Positions 42,111 to 51,941 of a DNA stretch of 64,000 nucleotides are shown here, one piece after another. Both the position numbers and the translations under genes were made by a program. The notes under the pieces are model-generated. The model ran no database searches. It was not told the DNA's origin and saw nothing but the letters and a program-made list of their open reading frames with translations. The first letter of the stretch is position 1, and the number at the start of each line of letters is the position of its first letter. The stretch covers positions 480,001 through 544,000 of the forward strand of contig CM000429.1 of the NCBI GenBank assembly GCA_000165345.1, given 5' to 3'.

Positions 42111-43784
42111 ATTTGCATCGTTACAATTAACAACAGATATACACAAAATACTAATTTCTTCATTTATTCGAAATATTAATAAGTACAAATCATTAACAGA
42201 ATTTTTATTTTCATCAGTAAAATGAGGCTTATAGTTAATAGAAATAGGAGAACTCTCAACACCTTTTAAGTGGAATAAACTCCATAAATATGTTCCAGCT
42301 GCCACTTGACTTGCAACAAACCATATGAGTCTTTGCAATATTGTTGGCCTTAACAAGCCAATTATCTTAATAACCTCGCTTGGTGCTTCTTTAAATGGTA
42401 CACATTTCAATATGTTACATATTTTAGGAGCATCATCACAAACAATAGATTGACCAAATCTCAAATCCCAAAAATAAAATGGATTAATTAAATTTTGGTT
42501 ATCGGAAAATAGATTTTGATGGATTAATATATCGAAATACTCAATTATTTGTTCAAAAATTTGTGTATTTGAAATTTTTGCGTTTACAGAGGTCAAAATT
42601 AACGATGCTAAAGCATTCAAGTCAATAAATACTAGCAAATCTGATAAATAGTCTTTGTTCGAGGGATCACTTTCGGTAATAACACTTAAACCTTTACCAC
42701 TGCATCCTTTTTCATCAATTAACTTATTGTTAATTCGTTCTGAAATAAACTTAACATTTATCGGTGTGATTTTTACATTTGGGGAGCCATTTATACACAG
42801 AATAGTTTTGAGATTTTTTAAAAGTCTTACTTCAGTTTCAATATTCAACAGCTTATCATTTTCAAAGTAGCACAGAAAGTCTGTTTTTGTAAAAAGTAAG
42901 GAGCCGAATTGCTGTTGTAATGAAAAATAAAATTGGTTGTTTCCTGATCCTTTGGTGTTATATGACAAGTTCTTTAATGATGGCTGAAAAGGCGGATTTT
43001 TAGATTCTTGTATCGCGTTACAGTAACATAAATATTTGGGAATTTTATCTCCACTATTACAACAAACACATACATATACATCACTTATTTTACTATTATT
43101 TGGAAAAATGATATCTTTGCAATTATTAAGTAATGGGTTAAAGAAAAATGGATCAACTTCAGCGTGGGCATTTAGGATATCAATTGAGCTGAGGCATTCA
43201 TAATTAAAGTTAATTCCTTGGAAATTACCTGAAATCTTATTCTCTGATTTATCATTCCAATATGACTTTTCACTTAGTTCAATTTTATGAAATGAAAAAT
43301 GATTTGTTTTTTTCATATGTGGGGGTTGTTTCATAAACTTATCAACATTTAGTACATTTTTAAATAGTGTATTTGGCGTTCTAATGATTGCCATCAACTT
43401 TGATTTTTCTTCATTCGATTCTTTAGTTTGCTTATTAATTATAGATAACGCACAACTGGATTCAATTGGCAAGTTAGGAAATGAAATGAATACTCCATTA
43501 TTATTTACAATTGAATTTTGAATAAATGGGATTGATAAAATGCTGTTGGGAAAAATATTCTCAAATAGATAAAATTTTGGTCCAATAATTTGTTGCAATA
43601 GCGGTTCTTCTATATTCACATTTTCACAGTTTGGTTTAATCCAGGTAAATTGGTCGACAAATGGGTGCCTTATTATTGAATTTGTAATTTCTTGGTCGAA
43701 TATGCTGTACCATAGCTCATTTGGAGCACTTTTAATAATAGTTTTTATTCTTCCTTTAGAGTGAGATTTGTTTAATTGATTCAT
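42105..43784 (-). CDS. Hypothetical 559-aa protein
   Basis: ORF with a true ATG start and no recognisable catalytic motif. Its 3' end overlaps the Rad1 stop codon region by ~6 nt (convergent genes). Confidence 0.4.
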   Translation of the reverse strand: MNQLNKSHSKGRIKTIIKSAPNELWYSIFDQEITNSIIRHPFVDQFTWIKPNCENVNIEEPLLQQIIGPKFYLFENIFPNSILSIPFIQNSIVNNNGVFISFPNLPIESSCALSIINKQTKESNEEKSKLMAIIRTPNTLFKNVLNVDKFMKQPPHMKKTNHFSFHKIELSEKSYWNDKSENKISGNFQGINFNYECLSSIDILNAHAEVDPFFFNPLLNNCKDIIFPNNSKISDVYVCVCCNSGDKIPKYLCYCNAIQESKNPPFQPSLKNLSYNTKGSGNNQFYFSLQQQFGSLLFTKTDFLCYFENDKLLNIETEVRLLKNLKTILCINGSPNVKITPINVKFISERINNKLIDEKGCSGKGLSVITESDPSNKDYLSDLLVFIDLNALASLILTSVNAKISNTQIFEQIIEYFDILIHQNLFSDNQNLINPFYFWDLRFGQSIVCDDAPKICNILKCVPFKEAPSEVIKIIGLLRPTILQRLIWFVASQVAAGTYLWSLFHLKGVESSPISINYKPHFTDENKNSVNDLYLLIFRINEEISILCISVVNCNDANL

Positions 43785-44152
43785 TACCAGATTAATTTGA
43801 ATAATAAATTGTATTTATTTATGAATAAATAAAAGTATAGATGCCTGTAGTTGAGTTTATTTATGAATGGTTTTCTTTATCTTTATTTATTCATTTCCAA
43901 AATAAATTATTATATCCGACTTTTCTTTGTATTGCCGGTATACGTATTTTTGAGACATTTACAGTGCAGGTACAAGAAAAGAGTTCTTACAGAGAGAAAA
44001 CTTTTCAGAAACAATAAAATTTTAGAATTAGATTAATTGGAGTAAAAATAATAAATTAATATTACAAGATGCAGTTTGAGTGAATACGTGCTAATTATTG
44101 TTAATAGCTAGAACAAAATTAATGCAGTCGATACATTATCAAGATATTATAA

Positions 44153-45067
44153 ATGAGCGATTTAGACAGACAAATTGAGCAATTGAGACGTTGTGAGCCG
44201 ATTAAAGAATCTGAGGTAAAATTATTATGTATGAAGGCTAGAGAGATTCTTGTAGAGGAGGCGAATGTGCAAAGAATTGATACTCCAGTGACAATTTGCG
44301 GAGATATTCATGGCCAATTTTTTGATCTAATGGAGCTTTTTAAAGTCGGTGGTGAACTTCCTGACACAAATTACTTATTTTTAGGTGATTTCGTTGACAG
44401 AGGATACTACAGTGTAGAAACATTCTTGCTCCTCATTGCTCTTAAAGTCAGGTATCCAGATAGAATTATGCTTATCAGAGGAAACCATGAAACACGACAA
44501 ATCACACAAGTATATGGATTTTACGATGAATGTCTCCGTAAGTACGGGAGTGTAAACGTTTGGAGGTATTGTACAGAAATATTTGATTATCTCTCTCTCG
44601 CTTCATTAATTGAAGACCGAATTTTATGCGTTCATGGGGGGTTGTCCCCCAGTATTGCTACAATTGATGAAATACGAAGCCTAGATAGAAAGCAAGAAGT
44701 TCCTCATGACGGTTCCATGTGCGACCTTCTTTGGTCAGATCCAGAGGAAATAAATGGATGGGGAATAAGCCCAAGAGGAGCAGGATATATTTTTGGGTCA
44801 GATGTAGTAAAGAGTTTCAATCATTGTAACGATATTGAACTGATTACACGAGCTCATCAGCTTGCTATGGACGGTTATAAGTGGTGGTTTGAACAAAATT
44901 TAGTCACAGTTTGGAGTGCGCCAAATTATTGTTATAGATGCGGAAATATTGCTACTGTAATGGAGTTAGATGAACAATTAAACTACCACTTTAAAACATT
45001 TGAGGCAGCTCCTGCTGAACAAAGAGGAATTCCTGCCAAGAGACCTGCTCCTGACTATTTTATTTGA
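44153..45067 (+). CDS. PPP4C: Serine/threonine protein phosphatase 4 catalytic subunit (PPP family)
   Basis: Near-colinear identity with PP4C: [46 protein letters not shown], the C-terminal [14 protein letters not shown] (PP4-type tail rather than the PP2A TPDYFL tail). Single exon, true ATG start. Confidence 0.9.
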   Translation: MSDLDRQIEQLRRCEPIKESEVKLLCMKAREILVEEANVQRIDTPVTICGDIHGQFFDLMELFKVGGELPDTNYLFLGDFVDRGYYSVETFLLLIALKVRYPDRIMLIRGNHETRQITQVYGFYDECLRKYGSVNVWRYCTEIFDYLSLASLIEDRILCVHGGLSPSIATIDEIRSLDRKQEVPHDGSMCDLLWSDPEEINGWGISPRGAGYIFGSDVVKSFNHCNDIELITRAHQLAMDGYKWWFEQNLVTVWSAPNYCYRCGNIATVMELDEQLNYHFKTFEAAPAEQRGIPAKRPAPDYFI

Positions 45068-45160
45068 AAATTTTTTATCAGTTTGGAAGTTTTTTAAAAA
45101 TTTTAACAAAAAGCATATATTACTTTTTTAGTATTATGTAACTAATTTAGCAAGTTTATA

Positions 45161-46132
45161 CTAATTGATTGACAATATTGATTCAAATAACTTTATCATT
45201 GCTTCATAAATTAGGAACATTATTCCACTGTGCATGCTAACTTTAGGAATATGAGTCATTAGTCCTGGGAAATAATGGTCCCTTGCAAAGTTGACAAACT
45301 CTTTATGGCTTAATTTTAATATATTGATATCGTAGGTTTTTAGTTGGATATTTTCTATCTTAGCCATTTGCATCCTGGATCTAATAACCTGTAGTGGGTA
45401 TGTCAATGCCGATGCTAATAACTTCGAAATGAATCCAAAGATGAAGAAGCGTAGATTACTCAGATAAAGATGTTTTGAATTATAATTAATTGATTGATTT
45501 CGAAATATGTCATATATTACAAGTTGTATCAATGTATGCGGAATCAACATTAAAGTTGGAATGAACCCAGAATATAAACCACATATTCCATTTTTTTGGT
45601 AAATACTATACATGCATTCAGCAATGCCATGTAACCCAGCAGAATATTGCTTCCAGCCCTTTTTCTTTGTATTTACTGATTGAATTTCTAACCTGGATTT
45701 AACTAACCAAAGTGGATGAACGAGAGCAGTCGAAAGCACACTTGCAATGATTGTTGAAATTGAATTTGAGAACGGAGAAATTTGTAAAGGATAAAAGCAT
45801 GTTTGGCTTTTAACAACGTAGCTGAACACAAAACACTTATTTTCTTCTATAAAATAACGGATAAAATCAAAAAAGTACCTAAAAATAAACCATGAGACTC
45901 CAGATGCAACTAACTGGCCGTTTAATCCCTTATATAATCCAATAACTCCTTCAGTATCTATTATAAAGTTGATTGTGGATATCAATGTCGGGTGTGCGAT
46001 CACTGCACCATCGGATGCTGCTGCCACTTGCTGTCTAGTCCTTACTACATCTAGTGGATGAAGTAAAAAAGAAGTTATTATTGCAGATATAAGCGATGAA
46101 GTTGCTGTTAAAAAGAATTTAATTTTCTTCAT
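45161..46132 (-). CDS. Mitochondrial carrier family (SLC25) protein
   Basis: Tripartite ~100-aa repeats with the P-x-D/E-x-x-K/R signature (PLDVVRTRQQV, PLWLVKSRLEI, PLQVIRSRMQM). True ATG start. Confidence 0.75.
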   Translation of the reverse strand: MKKIKFFLTATSSLISAIITSFLLHPLDVVRTRQQVAAASDGAVIAHPTLISTINFIIDTEGVIGLYKGLNGQLVASGVSWFIFRYFFDFIRYFIEENKCFVFSYVVKSQTCFYPLQISPFSNSISTIIASVLSTALVHPLWLVKSRLEIQSVNTKKKGWKQYSAGLHGIAECMYSIYQKNGICGLYSGFIPTLMLIPHTLIQLVIYDIFRNQSINYNSKHLYLSNLRFFIFGFISKLLASALTYPLQVIRSRMQMAKIENIQLKTYDINILKLSHKEFVNFARDHYFPGLMTHIPKVSMHSGIMFLIYEAMIKLFESILSIN

Positions 46133-46550
46133 AAAATTGTTATGCCAGGCCTAAAGAAACGGATGTTTACAAAGGGTTATAAACACAAAAATTTTGATTA
46201 TTTAACATTGCGCCGATATTGACTTAATTTTATAAGCTATTATTCTTTTTTCTTCGTTAGAAAAAAAATGAACTAAAACTTTATGCACATGCGGTAAACA
46301 ATTATAATATTATTTCCAAACACGAGCTGAAACAACCTTTCTACGATATTCTTAGTTTATACTTGGTAAAATTCGATCCTCGCGGCTCTTAAATGAATTG
46401 ATTTATAAAGTTTATCAAGTTTTTGAGCATGTTTCAGCTTATTAGGATCAATACCTGAGCGCTTGTTTTATTTTATCAATATTACACAAATGTTATTCTA
46501 GGAATTGATAAATTCATAATTATGGGTTCGTAGAAAACTTTTATTCAATT

Positions 46551-48239
46551 ATGGAAAAAATACCATTGGAACTTCTTGCAACAGTCAGCGAGTATCTACA
46601 AATGGTAGATATTTTTAGTCTATTGCATCTTAATAGAGGCTTTAACTATCTTTGGACAAGCCTTGAGTACTGGAGCATAGTATGTAGGGGGAGAAGAAAT
46701 TATCTGAATTTACTTGCAAATGAGTTTAATTGTATCTTAGAAGACTTGAAATCATTTAGTTTGAACAAAAGTAGCCAAGACGACTTAGTAGATAGTGATA
46801 ATAACGAATATTTTGGATTTAATTTAAATAACCTTAAAGCTAGTTTTAAACTTATGGGTTACAAGACAAAATGCAATGATAAATCAATTTTATGGAAGAT
46901 TTTTGTTAAGAGAAGATTAAGAAGATTGGACTTAGTACATTTGACTTCTGTTTTTCAGGATGTTAAAATATACAAATACGATAAAAAAATTATTGCTGTT
47001 TTTTCCCCTTTAATAGCAACAATTTCACAACATTTTTTAGAAATTTATGAACTTAGAAATGATAATTATTTAGGTAGAAAGTATTTTGATACCACGCCTG
47101 AAAAGCTAATTGATATAAAAACAAAATTAATCACACGCCTAAATTTAGACTTACTTCAAGGCCAAGAGAATGTTACATTGAACAACATTGAGCCGAAGAT
47201 AAGAACAGCCAACATAGTGAAATGGGCATTTTTTGATAAAAATACAATTCTTTGCGTTACGAAAGATTATGGGATCTATATTCATGAAATCAGCAATTTA
47301 TCAAAAAGAATAGCCTTAAAGAAACCGCAGGTGAACAAGTATCCAACTTTACCAAAAGTCGTCATTTTTGAAATATCTGGCAGCCTGCTTGCTATTGGCT
47401 TAGAAGATGGAGTTGTAGATATTTGGAAGCTTTTATCTTCTGAACGTGCATGTTCTAACTTGAAATGGGAAAAGTGGTATTTGACGCATCACTGTACAAT
47501 TTATTATGAACATAGATATTCCCGGAAAAGTTTAATTGATGTTTTTGAAGAAATACCCTCACCTTTAACATGGGTGAATATATCTCATAATTGCAACTTG
47601 CTACTGGCAATTTATAAAGGGGTCGTAAATGAAATTCGAATATTTTCAATTAATAAGTTAGATTTGAATAATAACCCGGCATTAATGAACAAAATTCCTC
47701 TCTATAGCGACATTCAAATGTGCCAAATAGATCCGAAGGGAAGGTTTGTAATTTGCGTTGATTCGAGCAAAGAAATTCACCCCAAAACTCGATTTTATTC
47801 CCTTTCATCTGGTAAGCTTCTTCTGGTACAGAACTTCAGAATTATTTGTCCATTATTTACCTCTTGCGGACATTTATTGATCGGCGCATACCGTGCACAC
47901 CCGAACATTCCAATTGAAAAATCTCAAAGTACAATGAAAATCATTAAAACATCGCCTAAACATATTAATAGTGAGTTTACGAGTAGCTGTTTTATCTCTA
48001 TTTGGAGTATTCCGTCTCTAAAGGAAATATATTCTTTCAATTGCGGAAAATCAGAACAAATTATAAATATTCGTTTTTCTAAAACTCGTAACTCAACGTC
48101 TATAATCACAACAACAATAAATAAAAATAGTTCAGACTATATTGATGGATCAATAATCAAGACATCTTCAAATATTCATTTTATTTCACATGATTTTTTT
48201 ACAAGCATTAAACCGATGAAATTGCCGCATTTTTTCTAA
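46551..48239 (+). CDS. F-box-like / WD-repeat-like protein
   Basis: N-terminal F-box-like segment (IPLELLATVSEYLQMVDIFSLLHLNRGFNYLW), followed by WD-like beta-strand blocks (LAIGLEDGVVDIWKL). True ATG start. Confidence 0.45.
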   Translation: MEKIPLELLATVSEYLQMVDIFSLLHLNRGFNYLWTSLEYWSIVCRGRRNYLNLLANEFNCILEDLKSFSLNKSSQDDLVDSDNNEYFGFNLNNLKASFKLMGYKTKCNDKSILWKIFVKRRLRRLDLVHLTSVFQDVKIYKYDKKIIAVFSPLIATISQHFLEIYELRNDNYLGRKYFDTTPEKLIDIKTKLITRLNLDLLQGQENVTLNNIEPKIRTANIVKWAFFDKNTILCVTKDYGIYIHEISNLSKRIALKKPQVNKYPTLPKVVIFEISGSLLAIGLEDGVVDIWKLLSSERACSNLKWEKWYLTHHCTIYYEHRYSRKSLIDVFEEIPSPLTWVNISHNCNLLLAIYKGVVNEIRIFSINKLDLNNNPALMNKIPLYSDIQMCQIDPKGRFVICVDSSKEIHPKTRFYSLSSGKLLLVQNFRIICPLFTSCGHLLIGAYRAHPNIPIEKSQSTMKIIKTSPKHINSEFTSSCFISIWSIPSLKEIYSFNCGKSEQIINIRFSKTRNSTSIITTTINKNSSDYIDGSIIKTSSNIHFISHDFFTSIKPMKLPHFF

Positions 48240-48903
48240 AATAACTTTGGGAATGACAATTATTAGGTGTCAGTTTTTGCCGAGAATGATTGGAATAAAT
48301 AATTCAACTTTCGAAGTAACAAGTAATAAAGCTGTGCATATAGTTGAAATAAGTTAAGTTTTTAGGGCTTTTATAATAAGAATATAAAAGGCAACAAAGA
48401 ATTCAGCTCCGTATATAATTAATGGAGAAATTATTGAGATTTTTTGAGTAACGCAGCACTTGTCCTTCAAAAATGATCGGAATTTAAAGATTAATGATAA
48501 CGTGATAAGGGTGATTTTCAATTGTTTATTTAAATTACTTTGCTGATAAGATATAGTTACTCGTTATACTATATAAATTAAATATACCACTTTAAAATAC
48601 AATTTAAATAATGAATCATTAGCAATAATAAACTATTAATGTTTATGCAATATTCCAATGAAATTATGCAAGATTTCTGTTATAATTTTATATTTTATCT
48701 TTTTTCCAAAGCTATTTAATATCCCGTTAATTTAATATCAATTCACACATACGCACACTAATGTGTACCTTAATTATCTGAGATTTCAAATTTTTAAAAA
48801 ATAAATAATTTTAGAAGGGTATTTAATGAAGATTATTTCAATATTAGAGTTGTTGGAGAGGATCTAAAGGCTTTATTATGTATTCAATATAAATTTTTTT
48901 TCA

Positions 48904-49563
48904 ATGAAAACAATTACTGTTGCGATTGTATTATCTTTGGTTTGGATATATGTACACTTTTGTTCAAGCTTCGAAAACAGGATAGAAGATATTGCATTAC
49001 TCAAGCTTAGAGGTTCTGTAGAAATGGGAGATCAACTAAAAGGTGGTCCTCACTATACAGGGATGATGGTAGGAGGTAGGCATGTTGGGATTGAACATTC
49101 TTTGGATCTTGGCGATTTATCGCAAGTATATCGCTGCTTGTTTTATTCTACTCACCCAGGATCATGCAATCCTTCAGGGACGGTAATAAATCCTTGCCAT
49201 TTTTGTAGAACTGAAGTGGTTTATGCTGTCGCTTCCGCAAAATGCCCTGGAGACGAGTCATTCCCCCCAAGTTTGGCTCCTTTATATATGTGGGTCTTGA
49301 AACCATATCATATTAGAAAAAGATTAGGGCATCAATATCTTTGCGCTGTAGAGCCGAATCCTGCAGCTAAATATGCATCTCGCCCTTCAAATGAATCACC
49401 GCTTTCATCAGATGAAAACTCATATCCGCTACCTCCAGAAATCCCATTTTCTCCATCGAATAATCAAAATGAATCCTTAAGTGAAAGTACATTGATGATT
49501 ATCATTGGGTCAGGCGTTTTGCTCACGCTATTACTTTGCGGTGTAGGGTTGTACATGGTTTAA
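48904..49563 (+). CDS. Secreted cysteine-rich protein with a C-terminal hydrophobic tail (GPI-anchor-like or TM), family A member 1
   Basis: Signal peptide (MKTITVAIVLSLVWIYVHFCSS). A 6-Cys module C-x-FY-x3-PG-x-C..PC-x2-C..C-PG-x-ESFP..L.P.Y.WV. A terminal hydrophobic stretch LMIIIGSGVLLTLLLCGVGLYMV. The coding sequence is visibly GC-richer than the neighbours. Confidence 0.5.
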   Translation: MKTITVAIVLSLVWIYVHFCSSFENRIEDIALLKLRGSVEMGDQLKGGPHYTGMMVGGRHVGIEHSLDLGDLSQVYRCLFYSTHPGSCNPSGTVINPCHFCRTEVVYAVASAKCPGDESFPPSLAPLYMWVLKPYHIRKRLGHQYLCAVEPNPAAKYASRPSNESPLSSDENSYPLPPEIPFSPSNNQNESLSESTLMIIIGSGVLLTLLLCGVGLYMV

Positions 49564-50054
49564 TTAAATTATTATAAAAAATAAAGTCTTATATTAATAA
49601 TGTATCTATATCTATCTATCAGTTCTAAAGATAAGTAGTTGAATTTATTAAAAAAAATGTGTGGCTTGCAGCATTAAAAAGTTACACAGTTAAATAAATC
49701 ACGTGGCAATAAAAAGCCTTGTACCCTAAAATGTAATTATGGGAAGATACAACTAAGGGTCCAATTTGAATGAAGAGGTATCAATATATTTCCAAAGTAA
49801 TGAACAGGACTTTTGTCACAAAAATCTAAATAAAAGCAATATTCCCTCTCTTCTCTCCAAATTATAAATAAAGGGCGGGCAATATAAAACGTTACCTAAA
49901 TGAAAGGTTAGGTTGATTTTTTTTATTATAGAAAAAACGAATATAAGAATTTAGATCAGAAATTTTTAAAGACTTTTTGAATTATATTTATCTTAGTTAA
50001 TTGGGATCAATCTAAATCCCCTGTAATTAAAAATCAAAAAAAAACGCGTCAAAG

Positions 50055-51050
50055 ATGAAATACTACTTGCCTTTCGGAGTATTACTCTTAATTATACAAC
50101 TTTATCTTTCAAGGTGTTCTGAATCTTCGGAAGATACGGAAAGCGAAGTTCTTTCGATTCAAGATTCGTCTGAATTGAGGGATTGCAAACAAGCCATAAG
50201 TGGTATATCAGGAGCTGGTTATCATGAATTTACATTGGACCCTTCACTATTGAAGGTAATTTCGGAAATGGGTAATTCAGGCCAACCGTGCCGATTTATT
50301 GTAGTTGATGGCATGCAGCAGAACTATCAGCAGGCTGATGATGGTGGTTCATCAAGCCAAGTAAATTATTTAAGCCAACAAGTTCAGACTCCAATGCAAA
50401 TGACAATGCAAACGCAAATGCCAGTTCAAATGCCAATGCAAATGCCAATGCAAATGCCAACACAAATGCAAATACAAAGAACTAATCAGGGATTGCAGTT
50501 CGGACACGGTAATATGGTACAATGGGTAGGTGGACCAGTCAACTTTGACAACATGGTTGACTGTAAGTTCTACCGTCAAAATCCGGGATTTTGTGTACCT
50601 ATGTCTATCTATACTCCTTGTTCACGTTGTAAGGCGCGTGTGAGAACAATTTTTAGAACTAGTTACAAGGTTAGATGTCCTGGCCAGGAATCTTTCCCAG
50701 CACAATTGAGGCCTTACTTTGCTTGGGTGCCTACTAGTCATCGTAACCCAAAGAGAGAGAGAGGAATATTTTCCAGATGGAGACGCCAGTTTATGTGCAT
50801 TGTAATGGCAATTTCCGATATTCCAAAGGATGTTTCTTTGTTTTGGCAGCATTCTCAGATAACTTTCGATTCTGCATATGAAACACCACAATATGTTCCT
50901 TTACTTCTTGGTCCATATGGAGATCAGTCTACTGCACTGGGATATGCTGCTGGCACAAACTTCCTTACTTCTAGCGGCTTAAGTTATCAAGGCGCACGTC
51001 ATTATATTCAAAATCAAAATTCAGAACGAAATGCCCACGAAGCTTCCTAA
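50055..51050 (+). CDS. Secreted cysteine-rich protein, paralog of the 48904 gene, with an internal (M-P/T-x-Q)n repeat
   Basis: Signal peptide. The same 6-Cys module (VDCKFYRQNPGFC...TPCSRCKARV...VRCPGQESFPAQLRPYFAWV) aligns residue-for-residue with the upstream gene. No C-terminal hydrophobic tail. Confidence 0.5.
   Translation: MKYYLPFGVLLLIIQLYLSRCSESSEDTESEVLSIQDSSELRDCKQAISGISGAGYHEFTLDPSLLKVISEMGNSGQPCRFIVVDGMQQNYQQADDGGSSSQVNYLSQQVQTPMQMTMQTQMPVQMPMQMPMQMPTQMQIQRTNQGLQFGHGNMVQWVGGPVNFDNMVDCKFYRQNPGFCVPMSIYTPCSRCKARVRTIFRTSYKVRCPGQESFPAQLRPYFAWVPTSHRNPKRERGIFSRWRRQFMCIVMAISDIPKDVSLFWQHSQITFDSAYETPQYVPLLLGPYGDQSTALGYAAGTNFLTSSGLSYQGARHYIQNQNSERNAHEAS
50389..50470 (+). repeat. Imperfect 12-bp-period tandem repeat (caaatgccaatg)n encoding a QMPxQMPMQMPMQMPTQMQ tract
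   Basis: Directly visible: ccaatgcaaatgacaatgcaaacgcaaatgccagttcaaatgccaatgcaaatgccaatgcaaatgccaacacaaatgcaaatacaa. Confidence 0.7.
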
Positions 51051-51204
51051 ATTTTCTTCAAATATAAGTCCTATGTTCGAAAAAAGGTGTTCGTTAAATT
51101 AGGTAGTTAGGCACCTCTATAATTTTGAATTTTTTTAGCTATTTTTTTGTTGTCTTTAATACGGATTATTCCGCCAAATCATTTTTTTTTGTATTTATGT
51201 TTCG

Positions 51205-51758
51205 ATGACAAATCTCTTTGCTGACGAGATGAAAGAGGAGGACACGTTTTTACTTAATAATTCACTAATACCAGGCCGTTCTATTGAAAACGGGCTAGGA
51301 AATATGATTGACAAAATAGAAAGTGAAAAAGCTCAGTTATTTTCATGCGGTAAGTGAAATGTTTATACAAATATTTTCATTTGATTCAATGAAGTAAAAT
51401 CAATAATAGATGCATATTGGGACTGCACAGATATAAAATTTACAACTGATGCAGTTTTTTCAGTAACTAAATTGTCATGCGACTTCATGGATAAGATAGT
51501 AAGTACGATATTTATTAATCTCAGTTTTATTACGTTTTAATTAAGATGTTATGCGCAATTAAATTGACTAACTCAAAGAATATTGACCAGTCCTTTACAT
51601 TTGATAGCATATTGTCCGTGTTGGAGAATGATGATCGGAAACATAAAAGAGCACAAGATGTTATAAGGTCATATAGAAGACATAATGAATTACTATTTGC
51701 ATTCGAGGACAGAGAATATATAAAGTCCTCAAATCGCGACGCAATAGGAACTAAGTGA
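51205..51758 (+). CDS. Small three-exon gene (~130 aa, product unknown)
   Basis: ATG at ~51205. Exon 1 ends ..AQLFSC at a GTAAGT (~51350). Intron 1 ends at ttttttcAG (~51463). Exon 2 is a 35-nt micro-exon, ~51464-51498, followed by a GTAAGT. Intron 2 ends at ttaattaAG (~51545). Exon 3 is the 51546-51758 ORF, and all phases are compatible. Confidence 0.35.
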
Positions 51759-51941
51759 GATGATTTATTATTTTCTTTGTATATATTTTCAAACGTCTTT
51801 AATTAATCTATTATTACATTTTCTCTGTACATTTAACCGGTTTTGCATAGACGTAAAAAACTCACATCAGAATAACTTGAAATAGAAAAATAAATTCTTT
51901 AAATGTAACTTTCTATTTTTAAACAATATTTTTTTTTTATA

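Noticed and set aside
44506-44511. Perfect GTAAGT donor-like hexamer inside the PP4C gene
   Set aside because: It lies in frame within the conserved LRKYGS block and the ORF is colinear with PP4C on both sides. It is a coincidental hexamer, not an intron.
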